Source of the DNA: Methanocaldococcus sp. 16A
GTDB taxonomy: Archaea; AGJL01; Methanococci; Methanococcales; Methanocaldococcaceae
DNA length: 64,000 bases
Strand: one strand, 5' to 3'
Assembly: GCA_049860595.1 (NCBI GenBank)
Contig: CP187551.1
Shown: piece by piece, positions 1-10,685 of the stretch
Numbering within the stretch: the stretch's first letter is position 1
How the letters are laid out: each line of letters starts with the position of its first letter
Program-made: the position numbers and the translations under genes
Notes under the pieces: generated by a model
Told to the model about the DNA's origin: nothing
The model's database searches: none
Seen by the model: only the letters and a program-made list of their open reading frames with translations

Positions 1-559
1 CTCTATTTGTTATTTTAATAGGATGTATTTTTCCATTCCTGTCTATTATCATTTTGTTTTTTAGGATTATTGTCATATTTTTCTCTAAGAATAATTTTTC
101 AGCATCTTTTGATAATGCATATCTTGGTGGAATAAAGTATTTAATTTCTTTAGGATTAAATTCACATTGCTCTAAAATTTTAAACGATTTATTTAGTTTT
201 TCTTCTGCAACACTTTTATTGCAATTGAACTCCTCCCCTATGTGATTGTAAGCGTGAAACTCTATATGATAACCTTCTTTCTCCAATTTATGTAAATAAG
301 CAGTAAATTCTGGATAATCCCTCAAATTATATTTATTTGCATGATTAACAATTAAGAAAAGATATGTTCTATTTTGGTAATTATGCTTGTTAATAATTTT
401 TTCAATCTCCTTTAATTCATCAAAATATACTGGAGAGACATCATGAATTAATATTATAGGCTTATTTTGCTTATTTTGGATATTGTCACTAAAAATAAAA
501 GAGAATAAAATAATAAATAAGATAAATATAGAAAATAAGAAAAGCAAAGTTTTATTCAT
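1..559 (-). CDS. DUF2334 / polysaccharide-deacetylase-like membrane-anchored protein (runs off window start; missing from ORF track)
   Basis: Manual translation MNKTLLFLFSIFILFIILF...ILIHDVSP...HIEFHAYNH...FIPPRY: N-terminal TM segment plus NodB-like HD, HxxxH and PP motifs. Confidence 0.65.
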   Translation of the reverse strand, partial: MNKTLLFLFSIFILFIILFSFIFSDNIQNKQNKPIILIHDVSPVYFDELKEIEKIINKHNYQNRTYLFLIVNHANKYNLRDYPEFTAYLHKLEKEGYHIEFHAYNHIGEEFNCNKSVAEEKLNKSFKILEQCEFNPKEIKYFIPPRYALSKDAEKLFLEKNMTIILKNKMIIDRNGKIHPIKITNR

Positions 560-576
560 AAGTTTCACTTAATTTA

Positions 577-1158
577 TTATTCTTCTTTTTTCTTTTTAAT
601 TCTTGGCATACATAAAATTTCTCTTGCCTCTATGTTAAAGAAAGTGTTCATATTAGCAGGCTTTATAACCATTGCTGTATCTGCCCCTCTACCTGTCCCT
701 CCAATAGCTATAACTTCTTCTTTTGCTTTTATTAAACCAGCATCACATGCCATAATTGTGATTTCATAGCAAACCTTAACTCCCTGCCCAAAAGTTCTTA
801 ATGTCTCAGCAATAACTTGAACAGGCCCATAACCTCCCAACTTATTTGAAATTCCTCTTTCAACTCCACTTAAAGCATGACTTCCCCTAAATATCTTAGC
901 TCCTCTTTTCTTTAATTCTTCTTCAACCTCTTTATCCATTGAAATTATATCCTCTCCATAAAATCCCTGATGATATGTAACAACAACAACATTTAGATCT
1001 AATTTTTCTTTCTCTAACAAGTCAAGTAATTTTTTAGCAGTCTCTCCTGTTGAAGATGCAACAACAATACTTTTTATATCCCCCTTCTTAGCTCTCTCTA
1101 CAGCTATTTTTAATGTTTCATCAGTGTTCTGCTTTCCAGGATATTCAAAGAGTTTCAT
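577..1158 (-). CDS. Pyruvate kinase C-terminal-like alpha/beta domain protein (conserved archaeal)
   Basis: [26 protein letters not shown] and [10 protein letters not shown] motifs. Confidence 0.75.
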   Translation of the reverse strand: MKLFEYPGKQNTDETLKIAVERAKKGDIKSIVVASSTGETAKKLLDLLEKEKLDLNVVVVTYHQGFYGEDIISMDKEVEEELKKRGAKIFRGSHALSGVERGISNKLGGYGPVQVIAETLRTFGQGVKVCYEITIMACDAGLIKAKEEVIAIGGTGRGADTAMVIKPANMNTFFNIEAREILCMPRIKKKKEE

Positions 1159-1182
1159 ATTATCACCTACAACTATCTTATT

Positions 1183-2379
1183 TTAGTTTTTATTTCTATT
1201 CTTTAAGACCTCCTCAACAATCTCTTTAAAGACATCATCAGTTATAAATTTACCTTCCTCTCTAACTTCTTTAACTTTTTTAACTATCTCACACAACATC
1301 TCTTTATCATAATCAATACCCATAAGCTTTAATTTATAAGCAACAGCTCTACATCCAGAATGCTTTCCTAACAAAATATTTCTCTTAAGCCCTATTTTCT
1401 CTGGAAGGAATGGCTCATAGGTTAATGGATTCTCTATGACAGCATCAACATGAATTCCACTTTCATGGGCAAATACAAGCTCTCCAACTATTGGCTTATT
1501 CTTTGGAACTTTTATTCCAGAATACTCCTCAACCATCTTACATAATTCTGGCAGAACTTCCAAATTTAATCCCAAATCAACATCATATAAAACAGTTAAA
1601 GCCATAATTAGCTCTTCTAAAGCTGCATTTCCAGCTCTTTCTCCAATACCATTAACTGTTGTTGAAACTGCCTTAGCTCCTCCAATTAAACCATATATTG
1701 AATTTATAACTGCAAATCCAAAGTCGTTGTGGCAGTGAACTCCTATATGAGCCTTTTTTAAGTTTTCTTTTAATGTTCTACAGATAAATTCCATACTTTG
1801 TGGTGTAGCACATCCAACAGTATCTGCAATATGAACCCTATCAGCCCCTGCCTCTTCAGCTGCTCTATGCACTTTAATTAAATCCTCTATTGGAGTTCTT
1901 GTAGCATCTTCAGCAGAGAAAGCAACAAATAAGCCATGTTCTTTTGCATATTCAACTGCCTCAACTCCCATTTTTAAGATATCATCTAAGCTTTTGTTGT
2001 TAAATTTATATTTTAAATGTAATGGTGAAGTGGCAATAAAGGTAATTATCCCATCTACATCACATTCAATTGCCTTATCAATATCCTTCTTTAAAGCCCT
2101 ACATAAAGCTAAGATATCTGCATTTAACCCCTCATTTGCTATTGTTTTAACTATATCTGCCTCTCTCTCAGAGACTATTGGGAAACCAGCTTCAATCTGC
2201 TTTAATCCAAGCTCATCTAATTTCCTTGCTATCTCTAATTTTTGTTCTTTGGTGAAGCAAACCCCTGGAGTTTGTTCTCCATCTCTTAAGGTTGTGTCAT
2301 ATATGTAGATATCTTTTAAATCCAATTTTGGATTGTATGGACAGATAGCTTTCCAGCTACTCTCAAACAAAAAGTCCAT
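1183..2379 (-). CDS. aksA: Homocitrate synthase (coenzyme B pathway)
   Basis: DTTLRDGEQ, HCHNDFG, GIGERAGN and AHESGIH motifs; about 400 aa with no regulatory domain; ATG 2379 follows GGTGA SD. Confidence 0.85.
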   Translation of the reverse strand: MDFLFESSWKAICPYNPKLDLKDIYIYDTTLRDGEQTPGVCFTKEQKLEIARKLDELGLKQIEAGFPIVSEREADIVKTIANEGLNADILALCRALKKDIDKAIECDVDGIITFIATSPLHLKYKFNNKSLDDILKMGVEAVEYAKEHGLFVAFSAEDATRTPIEDLIKVHRAAEEAGADRVHIADTVGCATPQSMEFICRTLKENLKKAHIGVHCHNDFGFAVINSIYGLIGGAKAVSTTVNGIGERAGNAALEELIMALTVLYDVDLGLNLEVLPELCKMVEEYSGIKVPKNKPIVGELVFAHESGIHVDAVIENPLTYEPFLPEKIGLKRNILLGKHSGCRAVAYKLKLMGIDYDKEMLCEIVKKVKEVREEGKFITDDVFKEIVEEVLKNRNKN

Positions 2380-2499
2380 AAATATCACCAACATTTGCAG
2401 TAATGAATTTTTTATTGTTTTTTATATGGTATTGATAATTAAAGGAGCTAAATATCTTATTAATATTTTAAAGATTTTTATTATTCAAATTATTATTAA

Positions 2500-3783
2500 T
2501 TATTTTATCTCTATCTTAGCTCCTAAATTTTTCATAACATCAACAAAATTTGGGAAAGATATTTTTACTGCCTCTTCTCCTTCAATTACAGTTTCTCCAT
2601 CTGCTTTTAAACCAGCTATGGTAAATGCCATAACTAATCTGTGGTCATTATAAGTGTTTAACTTAGCCCCTTTTAATTTTTTAACTCCTCTTATAATCAA
2701 ACCATCTGGTTTTTCTTTAATATCTGCCCCCATCTTTTTTAACTCTACAGCACATGCCCTTAGTCTATCACATTCTTTCAATCTAACATGCTCTCCATTG
2801 TAAATTTCTGTCTTTCCTTCTGCAAAGCATCCAAGAACGGCAATAGTTGGTACTAAATCAGGAATATCTTTAACATCCACATCTATTCCTTCTAAGCTGT
2901 ACTCTCCATCAATAACAACTTTATCTTTTTTAACTTTAATATCTGCCCCCATCTCTTTGACAATGTCAATTATTGCTCTATCCCCCTGCTTTGAATTAGC
3001 AAATAAATTTTCAATAACTAAATTTGAATTTATTAAAACCCCTGCTGCTACTAAATATGAAGCTGATGAGTAATCTCCTTCAACAATATAATTTATCGCC
3101 CTATATTTCTGATTTCCATAAACTAAAAATCCATTTTCTGTTTTATCAATTTTTATACCAAATCTATTTAAAATATCTAATGTTATGTCAATATATGGCT
3201 TAGATTTTAATGGAGTTGTTAAAATTATCTCAGTATCTTCTTTATTAAAAGGCAGAAGCATCATCAAAGAAGTTATAAATTGAGAGCTAACATCCCCTCT
3301 AATCTTTACAACATTCCCATCTATTTTAGAGCTCTTAACAATTATTGGTGCAGTTCCATCCATTTTTGATGAAAATGCATCTATATTTATCTGTTTTAGA
3401 GCATCCAATAAAGGTTGCATTGGTCTCCTTCTTATTGAATCATCTCCTGTTAAAATTGCATATCCTTTTGGTATTTGGGAAGATATAGAGGTTAATATCC
3501 TTAAGGTTGTTCCACTATTTCCAATATCTATAATGTTGTCTGGTGTTTTTAACTCTCCACCTTTAACAGACCATTCATCCTTTTCTTTATCTAAAGTTAT
3601 CTCAGCTCCAAGCATTCTACAGCCATGAACTGACGATAAGCAATCAGCTCCCCAGAGAGGGTTTATTATTCTGCTTTCTCCATCAGCTAAAGAAGCCCCA
3701 ATAACTGCTCTATGAGTATAGGACTTTGAAGGCGGAGCTTTAACTGTTCCTTCCAATCTGAAGGTTTTTCTCACAATTAACAA
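2500..3783 (-). CDS. aroA: 3-phosphoshikimate 1-carboxyvinyltransferase (EPSP synthase)
   Basis: PPSKSYTHRA, GNSGTTLR, SSQFITS, RLKECDR and DHRLVMA motifs. Confidence 0.95.
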   Translation of the reverse strand: MLIVRKTFRLEGTVKAPPSKSYTHRAVIGASLADGESRIINPLWGADCLSSVHGCRMLGAEITLDKEKDEWSVKGGELKTPDNIIDIGNSGTTLRILTSISSQIPKGYAILTGDDSIRRRPMQPLLDALKQINIDAFSSKMDGTAPIIVKSSKIDGNVVKIRGDVSSQFITSLMMLLPFNKEDTEIILTTPLKSKPYIDITLDILNRFGIKIDKTENGFLVYGNQKYRAINYIVEGDYSSASYLVAAGVLINSNLVIENLFANSKQGDRAIIDIVKEMGADIKVKKDKVVIDGEYSLEGIDVDVKDIPDLVPTIAVLGCFAEGKTEIYNGEHVRLKECDRLRACAVELKKMGADIKEKPDGLIIRGVKKLKGAKLNTYNDHRLVMAFTIAGLKADGETVIEGEEAVKISFPNFVDVMKNLGAKIEIK

Positions 3784-4154
3784 ACTATCACCATCAATAC
3801 TATTAACATTAAAAAATTAAAAATCTACTTTAAAATTTGTAATTTTATTTTATATCTCTTACTCTTAAATTTAAAAAAATAATAAAAAATAATATTTTCA
3901 ATGATTTTCCAAATTTACCATAAGTTGTCGCTAAGAAACTCTGCTTTAGGGCGGTGATGAATTCAGATGAATGTTTTAATCAATAACATCATATTTCCAA
4001 TAAAAGCATTTTTTAAGCCCCTTATGCTTTTTAAATCTGATATATTCATAATTTAAAAATTTGTATTAATATATTTTTAGACGTATTTTTAGCTTTTACT
4101 TAAAAAAGATTTGTGATTTAATAAGTTAAATTGTATGTATAAATTAAAAAAAGC

Positions 4155-4397
4155 TTAATTTTTATCAATAACTAATTCTATAGCATTTACTGGACAAACT
4201 TCCATACAAGCTCCACATCCTCCACACAAATCTTGATTAACCACCTTAACAATCCCTTCCTCTACTATTATAACAACCTCATCTGTTTCAGGCCCCTTTC
4301 CTCCCCAAACTCCCGGGTCTTTTGCATTAACGGAGCATGAGACAACGCAATTTCCACAACCATGGCATCTCTCTGGATAAACAACCAACTTATACAT
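4155..4397 (-). CDS. fwdG: Formylmethanofuran dehydrogenase subunit G (2x[4Fe-4S])
   Basis: CHGCGNCVVSC..VN..GGKGP..CGGCGACMEVCP; directly downstream of fwdF. Confidence 0.85.
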   Translation of the reverse strand: MYKLVVYPERCHGCGNCVVSCSVNAKDPGVWGGKGPETDEVVIIVEEGIVKVVNQDLCGGCGACMEVCPVNAIELVIDKN

Positions 4398-4409
4398 TTA
4401 ACCACCTCT

Positions 4410-5474
4410 TTATTCAGTTGCTAAATTTTCAAATGCTTTTTTCCAAGCTATTGGTTTTGTTTTTGTTATGCTAATCTCTTTCCTTACAACTTTTATTGCA
4501 TTAACTGGACATGCCTTAGCACAAGCCCCACATAAAACACAGAGGTTTTGATTAACAACCAATCTTGAAACTTTTTCAGCTTTATCTTTTGGTTTAGGGA
4601 ATTCTAAGGCATTACATGGACATATGGCAACACAAGCTTCACAAGCGTTACATGCATCAACATCAATTATAACTTCTCCTTTGAATGGTTTCTCAACTTC
4701 AATAGCCTCTGCTGGACATATAAAAGCACACCATCCACAAGCAACGCATAAATCTTCATTAATATTAACATTCCCTTTAATATCCTCATACAACTTTGCC
4801 TTTGGAATCTTTTTCATCAAAGGACATTTATAACAAATAACCTCTATTGCATCATGTGGACAGACATATTCACAAACTTTACAGTAAACACACTTATCTT
4901 TATCAACTTCAATGTCAGTTATTGGTTTTGGATTTGTTGGTGTTGGGTGATTATATTTTAAGTTTATAGCATCTGCTGGACAATATTCAGCACAAATTCC
5001 ACAGAAGACACAGTTCTCTTTATTTATGTTAATTTCTCCAATAACAAACTTCTTCCTCTCAGCTAAACTTCTTTCTACTGTTATAGCATATTGAGGACAG
5101 ACCATCTCACACTGCCCACATAAAACACATTTATCTTGATAAATTTTGATACTCTTCCTTTTAATCTTTGGATATTTTTCATCCTCTTTTATTGATTTTC
5201 CATTGATTTTTAAATCCATTGCATCAAATGGGCAAGATGCAGCACATAATCCACATAAAACACATTTTTCTTCATCAATATCTAACTTTGGAGCTTCAAT
5301 GAGACCTTTAGCTATCGCTCCTAAAGGACCCAACACAATTGCCTTTGTTGGGCAGATGTCATAGCAGATACCGCAACCAACACATAGGTAATCATTCCAC
5401 ATTAACTCCCTTTTTTCAAAACCCTTTCTTGAGATTGTTATAACACCATTATAAACATCCTTTATCTGTTGCAA
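4410..5474 (-). CDS. fwdF: Formylmethanofuran dehydrogenase subunit F (polyferredoxin, 8 CxxCxxCxxxCP motifs)
   Basis: Eight ferredoxin motifs; TTG start after GAGGTGG SD. Confidence 0.9.
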   Translation of the reverse strand: MQQIKDVYNGVITISRKGFEKRELMWNDYLCVGCGICYDICPTKAIVLGPLGAIAKGLIEAPKLDIDEEKCVLCGLCAASCPFDAMDLKINGKSIKEDEKYPKIKRKSIKIYQDKCVLCGQCEMVCPQYAITVERSLAERKKFVIGEININKENCVFCGICAEYCPADAINLKYNHPTPTNPKPITDIEVDKDKCVYCKVCEYVCPHDAIEVICYKCPLMKKIPKAKLYEDIKGNVNINEDLCVACGWCAFICPAEAIEVEKPFKGEVIIDVDACNACEACVAICPCNALEFPKPKDKAEKVSRLVVNQNLCVLCGACAKACPVNAIKVVRKEISITKTKPIAWKKAFENLATE

Positions 5475-5539
5475 GATACCACCTCTAAAAGAAATACTAA
5501 AAATTAAAATATTTGTATTTTTATATGTTTTTTATTTAA

Positions 5540-5693
5540 GTTACATATCATCGAATTATAAAAACTATTGCAAATAAATATTTTTTGTCTTAATCATAAG
5601 TCGTAACTTATATATATAAAATACCTGACTATATAATGTTGAAACATTACTAAAAGATATAAATTATGTAACCATATTTAGTTACGTAACTAA
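5540..5693. promoter_or_regulatory. Divergent promoter region with TATA tract and repeated GTAAC/GTTAC sites, including a perfect 16-bp palindrome
   Basis: TTATATATATAAAA at 5608-5621; TTAGTTACGTAACTAA at 5678-5693; further half-sites at 5540, 5603, 5668. Confidence 0.45.
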
Positions 5694-5718
5694 TTTTAAT
5701 TAACTCGGTGATAGTTGT

Positions 5719-6291
5719 ATGGATATTCTAAACTCTATAACTAACAAACTTGATGGAATTAAAAGGGAAGATATTGAAAAAGTCATTAATTTTCATGGTT
5801 GTTTAAGTCCCGGAGTTTTAATTGGAATCTTCATGTTTAATTTGGCTAAGAAAATCCTCAATATTGGTGAAAATGACAGAATTTATGCTATTTGTGAAAC
5901 CTACAATTGTGTTCCTGATGCTTTCCAAATTCTTGGAAGATGCACAACAGGAAATAAAAGATTAAAAATCAATGACACTGGAAAGATGGCTGTAACTGTA
6001 AATAAATGGGGAAAAGAAGGGGAAGTTGTTAAAGGAGTTAGAATAATTCTCGACCATAAAAAAACTGTCAAATATCCAAAACTTCATGCTTGGTATCTAA
6101 ACATTGAGAAAGTTTCTCATGATGATGTTATTTTAGAAATTATTGAAGCTGGAGAAGATGTCTATTCTTATGAGTTTGTTGATATTCTCGTTCCACACAA
6201 ACAAAAAAAATCTATAAAATTGTGTGAAATTTGCAAAGAACCTTTTATACAAAAAAGAAATGAAACTATCTGCTCATCTTGCCAAAATTAG
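5719..6291 (+). CDS. fmdE: Formylmethanofuran dehydrogenase subunit E family protein
   Basis: FHGCLSPG, CETYNCVPDAFQ..CTTGN, C-terminal CxxC...CxxC zinc finger. Confidence 0.85.
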   Translation: MDILNSITNKLDGIKREDIEKVINFHGCLSPGVLIGIFMFNLAKKILNIGENDRIYAICETYNCVPDAFQILGRCTTGNKRLKINDTGKMAVTVNKWGKEGEVVKGVRIILDHKKTVKYPKLHAWYLNIEKVSHDDVILEIIEAGEDVYSYEFVDILVPHKQKKSIKLCEICKEPFIQKRNETICSSCQN

Positions 6292-6306
6292 ATTTTTGGT
6301 GATATT

Positions 6307-8055
6307 ATGTATCTTGTAATAAAGAATGGATATGTATTTGACCCAATGAATAGAATTGATGGAGAAAAAATGGATATCTTTGTTAAAGATGGAAAGATTG
6401 TTGAGGAACTATCTCCAAATGAACTAAAAGATGCAAAAGTTATTGATGCTACAAACAAAACCGTAATGCCAGGAGGTGTTGATTCCCACACTCATGTTGC
6501 TGGACCTAAAGTTACTGTTGGTAGAATGATGTGTCCTGAGTATCAATACAAACACGTTGTGAAAAAAACTGATATAACTCACAGCGGTTCTGGAAATATC
6601 GTACCTTCAAGCTATGCTATGGGTTATAAATACACAATAATGGGTTATACAACTGTTTGCGAAGCCGCTACTCCTCCAATGCTCGCAAAACACACTCATG
6701 AAGAGCTAAAGCACGTCCCTATTTTAAATAAATGTGCATACCTAATGCTTGGAAACAATTGGTTTGTTATGAGGTATTTAAAAGAAGGAGATATTGAGAA
6801 AACTGCTGCCTACGTTGCGTGGATGCTCAAAACCCATAAATGTTTTGGGATTAAGTGTGTAAATCCTGCTGGTGTAGAGAACTGGGGTTGGGGTTTAAAT
6901 ATCTATTCCTTAGATGAGCCAAATTTGCATTTTGAAGTTACACCAAGAGAAATTATTAGAGGATTAGCAGAAGTTAATGAAATGCTTGGCTATCCAATGT
7001 CAATACATGTTCATGCCAATGGTTTAGGTCATCCAGGAAACTGGGAAATTGCAAGAGAAACACTAACAATCCCAAAAGACATAAAACCAAATCAAAAGGT
7101 TGAAATTGAAGAAGAAATAAAGACAAAAGTTCCTCATGAGAGAGAGCAGAGTATTTATTTAACTCATGTTCAGTTTAACGCATTTGGTGGAACTTCATGG
7201 AAAGATTTTGAATCTGGAACAAACGGAATTATTGACTATGTAAATAAATCAAAACATGTTGTTATTGACAGTGGTTGTGTTGTTTTTGGAAAAGCTATTT
7301 GTATGACGGGAGATGGTCCAAATCTATACGATTTGGCAGTTTTAACTGGAGGGAAATGGTCTAATGATGATGTTGAGTTGGAGTGTGGTTCTGGTATAGT
7401 TCCTTTCGCATACAGAAAGAAAAATGGTGTGCATAGTGTTCAGTGGGCGATGGGTTTAGAATTATTATTGGGAGTTAAAGACCCATGGAAGGTTGTTATG
7501 ACAACAGACAGTCCAAATGGAGGTCCATTTACAAACTATCCAAAAGTTATCTCATGGCTAATGTCTAAAAAGGCAAGGGAGGATTTGTTAAAAGAATGCC
7601 ACAAATGGGCTTCTGAAAGAACTGAGCTTCCAAACATTGATAGAGAAATGAGTTTATTTGAAATAGCAACAATTACAAGAGCTACACCAGCAAAAGCTGT
7701 TGGATTGGCTCCAATGAAAGGGCATTTAGGTGTTGGAGCAGATGCAGATATTGCCATCTATGATATAAACCCAGATACTTTGAATCCTAATGACTACAAT
7801 ACCATTGAAAAGAAGTTTTCTTGTACAGAATACACAATAAATGGAGGAATTATTGTTGCTCATAATGGAAAGATTGTTTCAACGCCTGATGGGACAACAT
7901 ATTACTGCAATACCAAATTCTCAGACGAAGAAATCTACAATGAAATGATTAAAGATGTTAAAGATTGGTTTAAGTATTATACGTTTGATTTCACCAATTA
8001 TCCAACAACAGAGCATTATTTAACAAAACCAACGCCAATAAATGTAGGTGAATAG
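6307..8055 (+). CDS. fmdA: Formylmethanofuran dehydrogenase subunit A (amidohydrolase)
   Basis: MPGGVDSHTHVAG, HVHANGLGHPGN and TTDSPNGGPF motifs. Confidence 0.92.
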   Translation: MYLVIKNGYVFDPMNRIDGEKMDIFVKDGKIVEELSPNELKDAKVIDATNKTVMPGGVDSHTHVAGPKVTVGRMMCPEYQYKHVVKKTDITHSGSGNIVPSSYAMGYKYTIMGYTTVCEAATPPMLAKHTHEELKHVPILNKCAYLMLGNNWFVMRYLKEGDIEKTAAYVAWMLKTHKCFGIKCVNPAGVENWGWGLNIYSLDEPNLHFEVTPREIIRGLAEVNEMLGYPMSIHVHANGLGHPGNWEIARETLTIPKDIKPNQKVEIEEEIKTKVPHEREQSIYLTHVQFNAFGGTSWKDFESGTNGIIDYVNKSKHVVIDSGCVVFGKAICMTGDGPNLYDLAVLTGGKWSNDDVELECGSGIVPFAYRKKNGVHSVQWAMGLELLLGVKDPWKVVMTTDSPNGGPFTNYPKVISWLMSKKAREDLLKECHKWASERTELPNIDREMSLFEIATITRATPAKAVGLAPMKGHLGVGADADIAIYDINPDTLNPNDYNTIEKKFSCTEYTINGGIIVAHNGKIVSTPDGTTYYCNTKFSDEEIYNEMIKDVKDWFKYYTFDFTNYPTTEHYLTKPTPINVGE

Positions 8056-8056
8056 C

Positions 8057-9295
8057 ATGGAAGTTATCTTAACACCAAAAGATACTCCAGATATTCCAAT
8101 AGAAGCAGAGGTTATAAATCCAGATATATTTGCCAATAAAAGTAAGGAAGAGATTGAATCTCTCTTAGTTTGGCAAGGTCCTAATACATATCCAATCTCA
8201 GAGTTCTTTGATGTTGAGATAAGTCCAAATAACCCAAAAGATGTAACAATCATTATTGAAGGAGATGTTGAGAGAGTTAAATACATTGGTTCAAAAATGA
8301 GTTCTGGAAAAATTATAATAAATGGAAATGTCGGAATTCAACTTGGTTCAGAAATGAAAGGTGGGGAGATTGTTGTTAATGGAAATGCTAAACATTGGGT
8401 TGGTAGAGAGATGAAAGGGGGAGTAATAAAGATTAACGGAAACGCTGGAGATTACGTAGGCTCTGCCTATAGAGGTAGTTGGCATGGAATGAAGGGAGGG
8501 AAAATTATTATTGAAGGAGACGCTGGAAACAACGTTGGAGCGGCAATAACAGGCGGAGAGATTATTATAAAAGGAAATGTTAAGCAATTTTGTGGAATTA
8601 GACAAAATGGTGGATCTATCTATATTGGAGGAAATGCTGAGAGAGCTGTTGGAGTAGAGATGACAAAGGGAACAATAGTTGTCTGTGGAAGAATAAGGTT
8701 CTTCGCTCCAGGATTTGAGTTTGATGGAATAGAGAAGGACCTAAACATAAATGATATGCCAATTTATGGAGAATATCTCAAATTTATTGGAGATTATGTT
8801 ATAAGCAGAAAACCTAAAGGAGTTTTGTATGCTTTAAAAGAGAAAAACCTTGGACTTATAGAGCCAGAACTTTATGAATGCTATGAAAATTACAGATACG
8901 ATGGAGGAATTAAAGCTCTTCTAAACACTGGAAGTACTGTTGTTCAAGGAGAAATCATCAAAGGAGGAAAGAAATTTACTGAAAAATACGTTAAGGAATG
9001 TGCCGTCTGTTATATTCATCCAAATGACTATGAATATCTTGGAAAACCAGAGTATGTAAATGTAATCAGTGAGGATAAGAAAGCAAGTATAGCTCTGAGA
9101 GCAATTCCTGATAGCTCATTACAAGAAGGAACTATATTTATTCCAAGGTCTATTTGGGCTAATGTTGTTATTCTCTCCTATACAGAATCCATGGGTTCTC
9201 CACTCTATAAGGGGTGTTATGTCTATGTTGAGCCAGTTAAAGGAAAAGCTGAGATATTAACTGCTGAAGAGATTATGAAAAAGATATATGGGTGA
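8057..9295 (+). CDS. fmdC: Formylmethanofuran dehydrogenase subunit C fused to a subunit-D-like C-terminal domain
   Basis: Gly-rich beta-helix repeats (G..M.GG.I.I.GNAG), then LNTGST...C...P.D...IFIPRSIWANV...GSPLYKG (FwdD-like). Confidence 0.88.
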   Translation: MEVILTPKDTPDIPIEAEVINPDIFANKSKEEIESLLVWQGPNTYPISEFFDVEISPNNPKDVTIIIEGDVERVKYIGSKMSSGKIIINGNVGIQLGSEMKGGEIVVNGNAKHWVGREMKGGVIKINGNAGDYVGSAYRGSWHGMKGGKIIIEGDAGNNVGAAITGGEIIIKGNVKQFCGIRQNGGSIYIGGNAERAVGVEMTKGTIVVCGRIRFFAPGFEFDGIEKDLNINDMPIYGEYLKFIGDYVISRKPKGVLYALKEKNLGLIEPELYECYENYRYDGGIKALLNTGSTVVQGEIIKGGKKFTEKYVKECAVCYIHPNDYEYLGKPEYVNVISEDKKASIALRAIPDSSLQEGTIFIPRSIWANVVILSYTESMGSPLYKGCYVYVEPVKGKAEILTAEEIMKKIYG

Positions 9296-9300
9296 AATTT

Positions 9301-10632
9301 ATGGCTATGAAGGTTTTTAGGGGTATAACTTGTCCTGTCTGTGGAATGGCGTGTGACGATATAGAAGTCTGGTATGATGAAGAAAAGCAGGAAATAATTG
9401 TAAAAAATGTTTGTAGAGAGGGAGCTCCAAAGTTTAAAGAGATTGTTAGTCCACATAGAATAAGAGAACCAATGATTAAAAAGAATGGAAAGTTCGTTAA
9501 AGTTAGTTGGGAAGAGGCAATAAATAAAGCTGCAGAAATTTTAGCTAATGCTAAGAGACCTCTCCTCTTTATGGGAGCTGAAACGTCAGCTGAAGCACAT
9601 ATAGTCGGAATGCACATGGCTGAATACTTAGGGGGAGTTGTTGATTCAAACTCAACAATATGACACGGTCCTACTTTAATGGGGGTTCAAGAGGCTGGAC
9701 TTCCTGGCTGTACTGCTGGTGAAGTAAAAAATAGAGCTGATTTAATCATATTCTGGGGCTGTAATCCAATGCACTCCCACCCAAGACATATGAGTAGATA
9801 TTCAGTATTTGCAAGAGGGTTCTTTAGAGAAAGAGGCAGAAAAGATAGAAAAATAGTTGTTGTCGACCCAAGAAAAACAGATACTGCAAAGTTAGCAGAT
9901 TTACATGTTCAGTTAAAGCCTAACACAGACTATGAGATGTTCTCTGCTCTCCTAACAATATTAAGGGGCAAAAAGCCACATCACAGCGTTGAGAAGATAA
10001 CTGGAGTACCAATTGAAGTTATGGAAGAGATGATTGAATGGATGAAAAATGCTAAATTCGTAAAAATTTATGGTGGTTTAGGATTACCAGCATCAAGAGG
10101 GGGGCATAGAAATATAGAATGTGTCTTAACTTTAGTTAAAGAGTTAAATAAATATACAAAATGTTCCATTGGAGCTTTAAGAGGACACTGTAATGTTAAT
10201 GGATTCAACCAAGTTGCCTCATATATGTATGGTTATCCTTATGGAATAGACTTTGCAAGAGGTTATCCAAGATACAATCCTGGAGAATTTACATTTGCAG
10301 ACCTATTGAGAGAAAGAGAAATTGACGCTGTGTTAGTAGTAGCCGCTGGTATCGTTGAGCATACACCAAAAGACTGTGCAAAGTATTTGAATGAGATTCC
10401 GATGGTTTGTATAGATATAGCTCCCGGACCTACACCTTATGCTTCAGATGTTGTATTGCCTGGAGTTATTGATGGAATGGAATGTGGAGCAACATTCTAT
10501 AGGTTTGACGGATTAACTTTGTATGCAAAGCCTTTCACAACCTCACCATTTCCATTTACTAAGAGTAATGAAGACACTTTAAGACAAATATTTGAAAAGG
10601 TTAAAGAAATCAAAGAAGGTAAGAAAAAATAA
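9301..10632 (+). CDS. fmdB: Formylmethanofuran dehydrogenase subunit B, selenocysteine-containing (443 aa, Sec121)
   Basis: ORFs 9292-9663 and 9679-10632 share a frame and are joined by TGA 9661-9663 in DSNSTI-U-HGP; CPVCGMACDD [4Fe-4S] motif; SECIS 53 nt after the stop. Confidence 0.92.
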
Positions 10633-10685
10633 TAAGAAAAATAAAAATTCAGCCAGGAAGTCCAGCCCACCAAAAAATGTTTGTG

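Noticed and set aside
3950-3995. GTGATGA box-C-like motif suggesting a second C/D sRNA
   Set aside because: No properly spaced CTGA D box or terminal stem on that strand; better explained as an IS-end or gene relic.
9292-10632. fmdB as a nonsense-disrupted pseudogene or two separate genes
   Set aside because: The TGA is in frame at the catalytic ligand position and a canonical SECIS follows, so it is best read as selenocysteine.
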